DNA of 64,000 nucleotides from Candidatus Dormiibacterota bacterium. Lineage in GTDB: Bacteria > Chloroflexota > Dormibacteria > Aeolococcales > Aeolococcaceae. This document shows, one piece after another, positions 17,532 through 26,175 of the stretch; within the stretch, counting starts at the first letter, position 1; the number at the start of each line of letters is the position of its first letter. The translations under genes and the position numbers were made by a program. The notes beneath the pieces are model-generated. The model had not been told where the DNA came from, searched no databases, and was given only the letters and a program-made list of their open reading frames with translations. The stretch lies in contig CAWKKS010000001.1 in the NCBI GenBank assembly GCA_963850385.1, positions 207,419 through 271,418 on the forward strand, written 5' to 3'.

Positions 17532-18356
17532 ATGATGACGATCACCTGGCGGCGCCGCTCGATTGCGCTGCCCTGGGGCCGGCTGTCCGTCCAGGTCGCA
17601 GGGGCGGGACCGCCGCTGTTGCTCCTCCACGGGCTCGGCGGCAGCGGCCGGTACTGGGCGGGCATCGCCCCGCTCCTGGCCGGGGAGCGGACCCTGATCG
17701 CCCCCGACCTCGCCGGGTTCGGGCGTTCGGACAAGCCTCGAGTTGATTACACGCGCGACTTCCACGTGGACAGCGTCGTCGGCCTGCTCGACGCGCTGGC
17801 CCCGGGCCGAGTGGACATCGCCGGGCACTCGATGGGCGGCGTCCTGGCAGCGCTGGTGGCGGCCCGTCACCCCGAGCGTGCGGCATCTCTCGCGCTGGTC
17901 GCCTCGCCGTACCCGCGACGCCAGATGCGCCCTTACCGGATGCCCACGGGCTTGCTCGGCAGATCTGTGTACGCCACCCTGCAGCGGCTGCTGCCGTTGG
18001 TGTCGCCGGTGGTGCGATCACCGGTGTTCCCGCGCGCGGTCATCGCCGACTATCTGCGCCACACGGTGGCGAGCTACCAGAGGACCTCCAACGCCCTCAT
18101 CTGGGACCCATCGGTCGGCGAAGAGTTCGCCACCCTCGCCGCCACGCTGCTCGGCCGTCCACAGCTGCTCCTGTACTCCGACGAGGACACCACCGTCGGA
18201 CCCGACAACCTGCCCCGCTGGCGGGCTGTGCTGCCGCAAGCGGAGGTGGTGATCATCCCGGGCGCCCATCAACTGCTCCTGCGTGACCACTTCAGCACCC
18301 TGGCCAGGTGGTACACCGGAGGCGGGGTCGCGGTCGCGGCGCCGTCGCGCCGGTGA
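17532..18356 (+). CDS. Alpha/beta-fold hydrolase
   Basis: 'LLLLHGLGGSGRYW', nucleophile elbow 'GHSMGG', and C-terminal 'IPGAHQLL'. I set the start at ATG 17532 within ORF 17439..18356. Confidence 0.85.
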   Translation: MMTITWRRRSIALPWGRLSVQVAGAGPPLLLLHGLGGSGRYWAGIAPLLAGERTLIAPDLAGFGRSDKPRVDYTRDFHVDSVVGLLDALAPGRVDIAGHSMGGVLAALVAARHPERAASLALVASPYPRRQMRPYRMPTGLLGRSVYATLQRLLPLVSPVVRSPVFPRAVIADYLRHTVASYQRTSNALIWDPSVGEEFATLAATLLGRPQLLLYSDEDTTVGPDNLPRWRAVLPQAEVVIIPGAHQLLLRDHFSTLARWYTGGGVAVAAPSRR

Positions 18357-18375
18357 CCGCAGACCAGGCTTGATG

Positions 18376-18403
18376 TTGCAAGCCGAGGTGACTGCGGTAT
18401 AGT
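18376..18403 (+). promoter_or_regulatory. Sigma70-type promoter candidate TTGCAA-N16-TATAGT upstream of the helicase gene
   Basis: Read directly from the sequence: TTGCAA at 18376..18381 and TATAGT at 18398..18403. It sits in a locally less GC-rich 170-bp intergenic region. Confidence 0.45.
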
Positions 18404-18526
18404 CAGGACACGCGGGAGCCTTCGGGAACCGCTGCGCGGCCGTCGTGGCCGCCACGCCTTCAGAGCAGTGTCGCTGCCTGCGCTGATGCCCGAATCCATC
18501 CCGAACCGGATGCATGACGCCGGGGA

Positions 18527-21262
18527 TTGCACCCCGCCGGCGTTCGAGGTTTGACCGTCCGACTCATATCCCCGGACCTCGCTCTCGACCGTCTCCATCT
18601 CATCGTGCCCGACGGCAGTGACGCCATGGTGGTGCTCAGCACGCTCGCTGAGGGAGATGCGCAGGACGCCGACCCCCGGGACCTCTTTGCCCAGAGGATC
18701 AGCGAGGTGGGGCATCTCACCGTGTCCTTCGGCGATGAGGAGCCCCCACAGCTGCGCGTCGCGCTCCCCGACCTCACCCTCGAGTGCGTCCCGCAGGAAT
18801 CACCTGACCGCGACCCCGACCATCTCGCCCTGCGAGTGCTGTCGATGCGCCCCGCGATGGATCATCCCGATGGCAGCAAGGTGCTCACGGTCACCGCGCG
18901 CACCCCGATCGTCACCGCGGCCAACGGCGTGGCCAGTGACACCAAGCGACTCCTCGAGTGGAGGGCGGCGAGCGCAGCGGCGGCCAAGTCCGCGGAGCTC
19001 TACGCGGCCCTCAAGCTGGTCGACAGCCTCGAGAAGGCCGAGCGGGGGCGCGCAGCCACCCAGCGCACGCGCTTCATCGCGGCCAAGGAGTACTGGCGCT
19101 GCAAGCGGTGCCGGGCCCTGTGGCGACCGGCCGACCACGAACGCTGCCCATCCTGCGGACACGAATTCACCGACGCCGACCGCCGCCAGCCCGAGGTCGG
19201 CAAGGTGGAGTTCACCGTCCCCGAGGGCGAGCAGATCAACCTCACCCCGGATGCCGCGGTCCTCGTCGAGCCCGAGGACGAGCCCAACTTCGTCGGCCGC
19301 GTCTCGCGCATCGACCATCACCGTCACACCGTCGAGGTGACCTGCCGAACCTTCGAGCACGCCGGCAACGAGGGCACGATCACCCCGTCGTTCAACAAGG
19401 CGCTGTACCAGGCCAAGCGCAGCGTGCTGGCGGCGATCGCCACCCGTGACTTCGGCGTGGGCCTGCTGGCGCAGCTGATGGTCGCCCCCCAATCGGTCAC
19501 GGCGCCGCTCTACACGGAGGACACCGGCGCGCAACGCTGGCTGACCGACGGGATGATGGCCAACGCCCCGCAGGACCGCGCCGTGGCATTGCTCGGCGCC
19601 CTCGCCGCCGGCGAGGCGGTCTTCATCCAGGGACCGCCGGGCACCGGCAAGACCACGGTCATCGTGGAGGCGATCAAGCGGCGCCTCGCCGCCAACCCCG
19701 ACGAGCGCATCCTGGTGACGTCGCACAGCAACCTCGCTGTCGACAACGCTCTCGAGCGGCTCGCCGGCACACCCGGTATGCGCGCCGTGCGCGTGGCCCG
19801 CGCCGAGCGCGTGCACCCGGCCGTGGAGCGATTCCGCTGCGACGACGAGGACGACCCGCGATTGCTCGATGCCAACTGCTACTTCGCCACCTGCGCGACG
19901 GCGGCGACGTCGGCGATCACCGACATGAACTTCGACATCGTCATCCTCGACGAGGCCAACAAGGCTCGCGTCGATGAGGCTCTGCCCGCGCTGCGCCTCG
20001 GCTCGGCCCTGGCGCTGGTCGGTGACCACAAGCAGCTGCCACCAGTCGAGGATGACGCGCTCTACGGCATCGTCGAGAGCGACGAGGCGCTGGAGACGCT
20101 GGTCAACAGGAGCCTGTTCGAGCAGGCCTGGGAGGGCGGCCTCCCCGAGTCGGCGCGCTGCCTGCTGACCATCCAGCACCGCATGCACCCCGACATCGCC
20201 GCGTACGTGTCGGCGGCCAGCTACGACGGTCAGCTGCAGGACGCGCCCGAGGTGCAGGCATATGGCTACATCACGCGCACGCCGTTCCCCGTGGCGCTGC
20301 ATTTCGTGGACACCGAGGGCATGCGCGGCGGCCGCGAGCGGCGCGGGCCTGGTGGCGCGCTGCGCAACGAGGCCGAGGTGCGCGTCGCCGCCCAGGTGGT
20401 GAGGCTTCTCGATGAGCGCGCGCCCCGCGAGATGAGCATGGCGGTGATCGCCATGTACGCGGAGCAGGTGGAGCGGCTTCGCCAGGCGCTCGGTCGTCGC
20501 CGTTTCAAGCGGCCGGTCAAGATCGACACCGTCAACTCCTTCGAAGGTCGCGAGGAGGACATGGTGGTCATCTCGCTGGTCCGCTCGAACGAACGCGGCC
20601 GCATCGGCTTCCTCCGCGTTCCCAATCGCCTCAACGTCGCCATCTCACGCGCCAAGCACCTGGTCGCGTGCATCGGCGACAGCGCCACCCTTCGCGCCGG
20701 CGAGGAGTCGATGTACGGCGACCTCGTCGAGGCCGCCCGGTCCACCGGTGGCTGGCTGAGCGCGCTGGACATCGTCAGCCCGGGCAAGCCGCAGCGCCGC
20801 CGCCGGGTGGCCTCGGCCGGCCCAGCGCGGGTTGGTGAGGATGGCCAGCCGCTGCCCGCCGTCGACGGCGAGGACGCTGGAGCGCGCCGCCGCCGCCGCC
20901 GCCGTCGTCGCGGAGCTCCGCAGGTCCCCGGGGCGCGGCCGCCGGGTGACCCGGACCAGCCCGCCGCCGAAGGATCGCCGCCTCAGCTCGGTCCCGACGG
21001 GGAGCCGCTCCGCCGTCGTCGCCGCCGTCGCCGTCGCGGTCGCGGAACGGGCACGCCGGCGCCCGGAGGCGATGGGCCCCCCGCCCCCGCCGCGGAGGGC
21101 GCGTCGCCCGGTGCTCTCCACTTTGCACCCGGCGAGATCCAGAGCTTCCGCCCCCGCCGCCGCCGCCGTCGCCGCGGGGGAGCGGGGGGCGCTGCGCCCG
21201 ACCAACCGGGCGGTGAGGGCAGCTCGGCGCCCGCGCAGCTGCCCCCGGCGGTCACCGGCTGA
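18527..21262 (+). CDS. Upf1-like superfamily-1 helicase (AAA_11/AAA_12 type) with an N-terminal unknown region, a four-Cys zinc knuckle and a C-terminal poly-Arg tail
   Basis: 'FIQGPPGTGKT', 'IVILDEANKA', 'GDHKQLPPV', 'TIQHRMHPDI', 'TVNSFEGREEDMVVISLVRSN', 'RLNVAISRAKH'. The zinc knuckle is 'CKRCRALWRPADHERCPSCGH'. The start is uncertain: TTG 18527, TTG 18551 or ATG 18626, none with a well-spaced SD. Confidence 0.9.
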   Translation: MHPAGVRGLTVRLISPDLALDRLHLIVPDGSDAMVVLSTLAEGDAQDADPRDLFAQRISEVGHLTVSFGDEEPPQLRVALPDLTLECVPQESPDRDPDHLALRVLSMRPAMDHPDGSKVLTVTARTPIVTAANGVASDTKRLLEWRAASAAAAKSAELYAALKLVDSLEKAERGRAATQRTRFIAAKEYWRCKRCRALWRPADHERCPSCGHEFTDADRRQPEVGKVEFTVPEGEQINLTPDAAVLVEPEDEPNFVGRVSRIDHHRHTVEVTCRTFEHAGNEGTITPSFNKALYQAKRSVLAAIATRDFGVGLLAQLMVAPQSVTAPLYTEDTGAQRWLTDGMMANAPQDRAVALLGALAAGEAVFIQGPPGTGKTTVIVEAIKRRLAANPDERILVTSHSNLAVDNALERLAGTPGMRAVRVARAERVHPAVERFRCDDEDDPRLLDANCYFATCATAATSAITDMNFDIVILDEANKARVDEALPALRLGSALALVGDHKQLPPVEDDALYGIVESDEALETLVNRSLFEQAWEGGLPESARCLLTIQHRMHPDIAAYVSAASYDGQLQDAPEVQAYGYITRTPFPVALHFVDTEGMRGGRERRGPGGALRNEAEVRVAAQVVRLLDERAPREMSMAVIAMYAEQVERLRQALGRRRFKRPVKIDTVNSFEGREEDMVVISLVRSNERGRIGFLRVPNRLNVAISRAKHLVACIGDSATLRAGEESMYGDLVEAARSTGGWLSALDIVSPGKPQRRRRVASAGPARVGEDGQPLPAVDGEDAGARRRRRRRRRGAPQVPGARPPGDPDQPAAEGSPPQLGPDGEPLRRRRRRRRRGRGTGTPAPGGDGPPAPAAEGASPGALHFAPGEIQSFRPRRRRRRRGGAGGAAPDQPGGEGSSAPAQLPPAVTG
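20885..21175 (+). repeat. Three poly-arginine coding tracts (R9, R9, R7) in the helicase tail
   Basis: CGC/CGT runs at 20885..20911, 20120+900..21046 corrected: 21020..21046, and 21155..21175. They are separated by ~35-aa acidic, Pro/Gly-rich spacers. Confidence 0.9.
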
Positions 21263-21264
21263 CG

Positions 21265-21861
21265 ATGGCCGGTCAGATCACCGTCTTCGTCAGGGCTGAT
21301 GACGCGCAGTGCGACGCACTGCTCCGGTACCTCGACCAACGCGGGCTTGCCTACACCACGCGCGACGTCACCGCCGACCCATCGGCCAGCGCCATCCTGT
21401 TCGGTCGCCTGGGGCGCATCGCGGTCCCGGCGCTGACCATCGACGAGCGCATGATCGTCGGCTTCGACCCCGTCCAGCTGGCGCGCTTCCTGCCCCATCC
21501 CGAGGACGAGGGCCCGGGGATGGCCTTCGGCGCTGCCGTCCGGGCGGTGACCGTCGACATCGCCAAGGACCGGGGCCTGGCTGCGGCCTTCGGCGTGGAG
21601 GTCGGGCCCGTCCACGAGGGCTCGCCGGCCGCCACCGCCGGTGTGAGGACCGGTGACGTCATCACGGCGATCGGCGGGTACACGGTGACCGGGGGGGCCG
21701 ACCAGTTTCGCATCGCTGTGGCGGCCCGCCGCCCCGGCGACACCATGGTTCTCACCATCTGGCGGGACGGCGCGTTCGTAGTCTGCAGCGTCGAGTTCCC
21801 ACGCGTGGCCTCACCCGAGCCCGCCGCCGAGGGGACGGCAACGCTCGAGACGGAGCCCTAG
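21265..21861 (+). CDS. Glutaredoxin/NrdH-like domain (single Cys) fused to a PDZ domain
   Basis: The N-terminus 'ITVFVRADDAQCDALLRYLDQRGLAYTTRDV...VPALTIDERMIVGFD' is a Grx fold with 'DAQC' in place of CxxC. The C-terminus 'GVEVGPVHEGSPAATAGVRTGDVITAIGGYTV' is a PDZ domain. The ATG lies 2 nt after the helicase stop. Confidence 0.8.
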   Translation: MAGQITVFVRADDAQCDALLRYLDQRGLAYTTRDVTADPSASAILFGRLGRIAVPALTIDERMIVGFDPVQLARFLPHPEDEGPGMAFGAAVRAVTVDIAKDRGLAAAFGVEVGPVHEGSPAATAGVRTGDVITAIGGYTVTGGADQFRIAVAARRPGDTMVLTIWRDGAFVVCSVEFPRVASPEPAAEGTATLETEP

Positions 21862-21916
21862 CGGCCCGGCTCGATTCGCAGCGCGGTGACCACGTCCTGG
21901 TCCGGCCGCGCCGGGG

Positions 21917-22171
21917 TCACCAGCCTGGGGGAGGCTCGGTCCGGTTGAGGAGGCGCACGAAGTCCTCCGCCCGGGCCACGGCCTCCCAGCGGCGGGCGAA
22001 GAAGTCCTGGCAGATCAGCCGGTTGTCGGCGAGCGCGGTGACCGTGACCGCCCATTGGTTGAGGGCCTTGGCCACCTCGACCTCGTGGGTGCTGTTGTCG
22101 TTCCGCAGGACCATGCCGCTGGGCGCAGGACGGCGCGTGCCGTCGTTGCGTCGGGGAGACGCCATTGCCAT
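21917..22171 (-). CDS. Small hypothetical protein (84 aa)
   Basis: ATG 22171 is preceded by AGGAGG at a 9-nt spacing, within ORF 21917..22276. 'VLRNDNSTHEVEVAKALNQWAVTVTALADNRLICQDFFARRWEAVARAEDFVRLL' matches no family I recognise. Confidence 0.55.
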   Translation of the reverse strand: MAMASPRRNDGTRRPAPSGMVLRNDNSTHEVEVAKALNQWAVTVTALADNRLICQDFFARRWEAVARAEDFVRLLNRTEPPPGW

Positions 22172-22315
22172 TGCGAGAACCCTCCTGCGAAAGCCGAGCG
22201 AGCCGGTGGACGGCGGGCGGCGATCGCCTGCCCATGCAGCGAAACCGGCTGCGGAAACGCCAGCGGTCGCCGTCAATTGTGGCGCAAATCGCGCCGCGAC
22301 GGAAGGGGAGGCCGA

Positions 22316-23287
22316 TCAGCTGTCGAGATCGAGCGCAGCCTGGGCCGGAGGCGGGGCGGTGGGCTCGCCGGCAGGAGCGGCTGCGGCGAGGACCCAACCC
22401 GGCACCGAGCCGTCCCGCTCCACGATTCGCTCCACGACGGGGTCGGGCGGCCGCGGCAGGGGCACGTCGAGTAGGGCGCCGAAGTCGAAGGCGTTCACCA
22501 CCGCGTAGTTGCTGCGGTTGTTGTTGAGCAGCACGTGGACGGGCGTGCCGCGGTCGGCGGCTTCGCGAATGGCCGGCACCCACTCCTCGAGCTCGCCGGG
22601 TGAATACAGGTAGTTGAACCTGTCGCCGCTGGTCGGGCCGCCGGGTCGATACCAGGTCTTGCGGTTCCGTCCATGGAAGCGCGTGATGCACAGCCGTGGC
22701 GAGGTGATGGCGAGGATCGGGGGAGCGGTGCCGCTCCCCAGCTGCGGGGCGTCGACACCCACGTACACGCAGTCCAGCTCGCGCAGCAGGTCCTCGGTGG
22801 CGGGCCACGCGTCGCCGTCAAACCAGCTGCGGTGGCGGAACTCGATGGCCACGACATCGTCGGGGTGGCGCTCGCGGGTCTCGAGCAGGACCTCGCGCGC
22901 GTCCGGCCGGTTGGTGAACCATGGCGGGAACTGGTAGTGCACCGCCCCCAGCCGGCCCACCTCTCGCAGCGGGACGAGCGCCGCCATGAAGTCGCGCACC
23001 TCGTCGGCCGTCGGCGGTCGCGGGTGCCGTCCCTCACGCTCGTGCCGCGTGAGGCTGCGGAACGCCTTGATGTTGAAACGGAAGCCCGGTGGCGTCCGCG
23101 CAACCCAACCCTCCACCACCGCCGGCCGGGGAATCCCGTAGAAGCTGGTATCGATCTCCACGATCGGGAAGTACCGCGCGTAGTAGTCCAGCTTTTCACG
23201 CTGCCGGCGGCCGCGCTCCAGCTCGGGCGGATAGAACTCCGTGTGGTCAGCCCAGTTGCAGGTGCCGACCAGGATCTCGGCAGCCAT
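22316..23287 (-). CDS. DUF72 family protein
   Basis: 'ILVGTCNWAD', 'YYARYFPIVEIDTSFYG', 'AIEFRHRSW', 'TRFHGRN'. I set the start at ATG 23287 (GGAGG upstream) within ORF 22316..23518. Confidence 0.88.
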   Translation of the reverse strand: MAAEILVGTCNWADHTEFYPPELERGRRQREKLDYYARYFPIVEIDTSFYGIPRPAVVEGWVARTPPGFRFNIKAFRSLTRHEREGRHPRPPTADEVRDFMAALVPLREVGRLGAVHYQFPPWFTNRPDAREVLLETRERHPDDVVAIEFRHRSWFDGDAWPATEDLLRELDCVYVGVDAPQLGSGTAPPILAITSPRLCITRFHGRNRKTWYRPGGPTSGDRFNYLYSPGELEEWVPAIREAADRGTPVHVLLNNNRSNYAVVNAFDFGALLDVPLPRPPDPVVERIVERDGSVPGWVLAAAAPAGEPTAPPPAQAALDLDS

Positions 23288-23405
23288 TGACCCTCCGGTG
23301 TGAGAGGCACCGTCGCCCTGAATCGTCAAACAGTAACCACGCTGTGACGTGCCTGCCGGAAGTGCTCGTGAGAATGGCGACGGGTCCGCCCGTATAAGGA
23401 GTTCT

Positions 23406-26075
23406 GTGAGCCTTGTGACAGCAGCGGTGCCCAACGCGTCCACGGCCGCGGACGCGATCTCGGATGGACCACTGTTCGGGCCCACGGTGCGGATGCGCCT
23501 CTTCGCGACCGTCCTCATGGTGCCGGCGGTCGCGGTGTGGATCAGGCTGCTGCTGCCGTTGCCGGTGCCTTCATCCCACTACGCGATCCCGGTGTGGGGG
23601 CTCGCCGTCCTGTTCTTCATCACCGAGCGCTGGCCGGTCGCTGTCGCGGTGCGCCGGACGACGCCCTCAGTGGGCATGTCGGCCGCCCCGCTGGTGCTTG
23701 GCCTCTTCTTCGCCCCGACATGGGCGGTCATCGTCGGCTACCTGCTGGGGGCAGTCGCCGCTGCCGCGAGCCGCCGCGACCTCCACCACCCGGACACGAC
23801 CTTCGCGATCGCGCAGTTCTCCTTCTTCTCGGCGCTGGCCACGCTCACCTTCCACGCCGCGGCGGGCAGCATGCCCGGCGACCAGCTCAGCCTGGGCTCC
23901 TACGGGGCCGTCCTGGCTGCCGCGCTGGTCCTCGTGCTGAGCAGTCTCAGCAACCTGATCGCGCTGGGGCTCAGCGACGGCGTTGTGCCCGGCGACCTGG
24001 CGTTGCGGAACATGGGACTTGCCGCCATCGGAACCGCCGTGGCGGCCTCATACGGGCTGATCGCCACCGAGATGCTGCTCGCCGATCCCAAGGGCGTCGC
24101 GCTCGTGGCGCTCTTCGGGGTGGTGCTCCTCGGCGGCTACAGGACCCTGCTCACCGAGCGTCGCGAACGCCGCGTGGCCGAGTTCCTCCGCGGCGCCGAC
24201 GAGGCCCTCAACCAGTCGCATGAGCTCGAGGGCGCCATCGTCGGGCTGATCGGCCGCGCTCGGGAGATGTTCGAGGCGCAGGTTGCCCAGCTCACAATCT
24301 ACCCATCGTCGCCGGGCGAGAAGGCGTACCGCACCACCGTGCGTGCGGGTGACCTGGTCGGCACCGAGGTGATGGTGCCGATCGACCTCAACGACCTCGA
24401 TGACATTCTCGAGGCCGATTCTGATGGCGTGATCCTCGACCGCAGCAATGCCTCGCCGTCGTCACGCGACGTGCTCAACCGGCGCCACATCGACCACGCC
24501 ATGGTGGCGCTCCTGCGTGGCCGGTCGCGGCTGATCGGCAGCCTGATGGTGGGCAGCAGCGTCACCGCGCGGAGCTTCGACCAGCGCGATCTGCACCTCT
24601 TCCAATCGCTCGCGATCCAGACCAGCTCGACCCTCGAGAACGGACACCTCGAGCAGTCCATCGCCAGGCTGACCCAGCTGCAGGAACAGCTGTCGCACCA
24701 GGCCTTCCATGATTCCCTGACCGACCTCGCCAACCGCTCGCTGTTCAGCGACCGCATCGACCACGCTCTGCTGCGCCGCAGCCGCACCGGCAAGCCGGTG
24801 GCCGTGCTGTTCATCGATCTGGACGACTTCAAGGCTGTCAACGACACCCTCGGCCACTCGGCAGGTGACCAGTTGCTCATCGGTGTCGCCGACCGTCTGC
24901 GCAACTCATTGCGGCGCCCCGACACGGCGGCCCGGCTCGGTGGCGACGAGTTCGCGGTGCTCATCGAGGACATCGACCACCCCGCCGAGGCCGAGGCGGT
25001 TGCGGAGCGCATCTTCGCGGCGCTCGTCGAGCCCTTCGCCATCGCCGGCCAGTCGGTCACCGTGCACGCATCCATCGGCGTGGCGGTCTCCGACGATGCC
25101 ACCGACAGCGCGAGCAGGCTGATGCGCCACGCCGACGTGGCCATGTACGCCGCCAAGGGCGCGGGCAAGCACCGGCACGTGCTCTTCATCTCGGGGATGG
25201 AGGCCGAGATCGTGGCACGTCATCGCCTCCGCGCCGACCTGGAGCGGGCCATGTCCGCCGACGAGTTCGGTGTGCACTACCAGCCCATCTTCGACATGGC
25301 CGACGGTCGTCTCACCGCCACCGAGGCACTGGTGCGCTGGCGTCACCCGACCCGCGGCATGGTCGCACCCGACGAGTTCATCGGGACCGCCGAGGAGACG
25401 GGCGTGATCCTCGCGCTCGGCACCCGGGTGCTGCGCGAAGCGTGCACCGAGACCTGGAGGTGGCAGCAGGAATTTCCAGCGGTGCAACCGCTCTGGGTCA
25501 GCGTCAACATCTCAGCCAGGCAGCTGCAGCAGCCGGGGTTCGTCGACGAGGTCATCGACGTCGTCAGCGAGTCAGGTCTGCCACCGACGTCGCTGGTGCT
25601 CGAGCTCACCGAGAGCATGGTGCTGGACGACGCCGGCGCCAGTGCCAGCATCGCCAAGCTCGAGGCGCTCAAACGCGCCGGCATCCGTATCGCCATCGAC
25701 GACTTCGGCACCGGATACTCTTCGCTGAGCTATCTCCGCCGGCTGCCCGTCGACATCCTCAAGATCGCCAAGCCGTTCGTCGACGATCTCCACAACACCG
25801 AGGACAAGGGAGACTTCGCACGCGCCATCGTGGGGATCGGCAACGCCCTGCGTCTCACAATGATCGCCGAGGGCATCGAGACAATTGAGCAACTGGTCAC
25901 ACTGCGCGACCTCGGCTGTCACCTCGGCCAGGGATACCACCTCTCCCACCCGGTCACGGCTGAGGCTATCGACCGCATGCTCGCCGCCGGTGGCGTCGAC
26001 CTCGCCCTCCTGGCGCTGCCCAGCGACGGTGCCGTGGTGGCGCCGATCCTGAGGCTCCACCAGCGCGCCCTGTGA
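23406..26075 (+). CDS. Membrane-bound GGDEF-EAL protein (diguanylate cyclase/phosphodiesterase) with a multi-TM N-terminus and a GAF-like linker
   Basis: 'RLGGDEFAVL', 'EALVRWRHP', 'DDFGTGYSSLSYL', 'AEGIET', and ~8 N-terminal hydrophobic spans. I set the start at GTG 23406 (AAGGAG 4 nt upstream); the alternative is ATG 23493. Confidence 0.9.
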   Translation: MSLVTAAVPNASTAADAISDGPLFGPTVRMRLFATVLMVPAVAVWIRLLLPLPVPSSHYAIPVWGLAVLFFITERWPVAVAVRRTTPSVGMSAAPLVLGLFFAPTWAVIVGYLLGAVAAAASRRDLHHPDTTFAIAQFSFFSALATLTFHAAAGSMPGDQLSLGSYGAVLAAALVLVLSSLSNLIALGLSDGVVPGDLALRNMGLAAIGTAVAASYGLIATEMLLADPKGVALVALFGVVLLGGYRTLLTERRERRVAEFLRGADEALNQSHELEGAIVGLIGRAREMFEAQVAQLTIYPSSPGEKAYRTTVRAGDLVGTEVMVPIDLNDLDDILEADSDGVILDRSNASPSSRDVLNRRHIDHAMVALLRGRSRLIGSLMVGSSVTARSFDQRDLHLFQSLAIQTSSTLENGHLEQSIARLTQLQEQLSHQAFHDSLTDLANRSLFSDRIDHALLRRSRTGKPVAVLFIDLDDFKAVNDTLGHSAGDQLLIGVADRLRNSLRRPDTAARLGGDEFAVLIEDIDHPAEAEAVAERIFAALVEPFAIAGQSVTVHASIGVAVSDDATDSASRLMRHADVAMYAAKGAGKHRHVLFISGMEAEIVARHRLRADLERAMSADEFGVHYQPIFDMADGRLTATEALVRWRHPTRGMVAPDEFIGTAEETGVILALGTRVLREACTETWRWQQEFPAVQPLWVSVNISARQLQQPGFVDEVIDVVSESGLPPTSLVLELTESMVLDDAGASASIAKLEALKRAGIRIAIDDFGTGYSSLSYLRRLPVDILKIAKPFVDDLHNTEDKGDFARAIVGIGNALRLTMIAEGIETIEQLVTLRDLGCHLGQGYHLSHPVTAEAIDRMLAAGGVDLALLALPSDGAVVAPILRLHQRAL

Positions 26076-26089
26076 TCCTGCTGCACGCG

Positions 26090-26118
26090 AGGCGCCCACG
26101 GTGAAGTCGACGTGGCGC
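26090..26118. terminator. Imperfect GC hairpin between the convergent GGDEF-EAL and GNAT genes
   Basis: ggcgcccacg-N10-cgtggcgcc: a 9-bp stem with one bulged C. There is no U-tract. Confidence 0.3.
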
Positions 26119-26175
26119 CGATCCCCTGCCCTCGAGGCACCCGTCGGGCTCGATCCCCCGGCTGCGTGAGGGAGG

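Noticed and set aside
18488-18509. 'GCCCGAAUCCAUCCCGAACCGG' in the helicase leader resembles the conserved 5S rRNA helix III/loop C motif (CCCAUxCCGAAC).
   Set aside because: The flanks cannot form 5S helices I, II, IV or V, and the rest of the conserved 5S sequence is absent. I treat it as a short chance match.
18512-18619. 35-codon upstream ORF (ATG 18512) in the helicase leader.
   Set aside because: It has no SD, poor third-position GC bias compared with real genes here, and an Arg/Pro/Ser-rich product.
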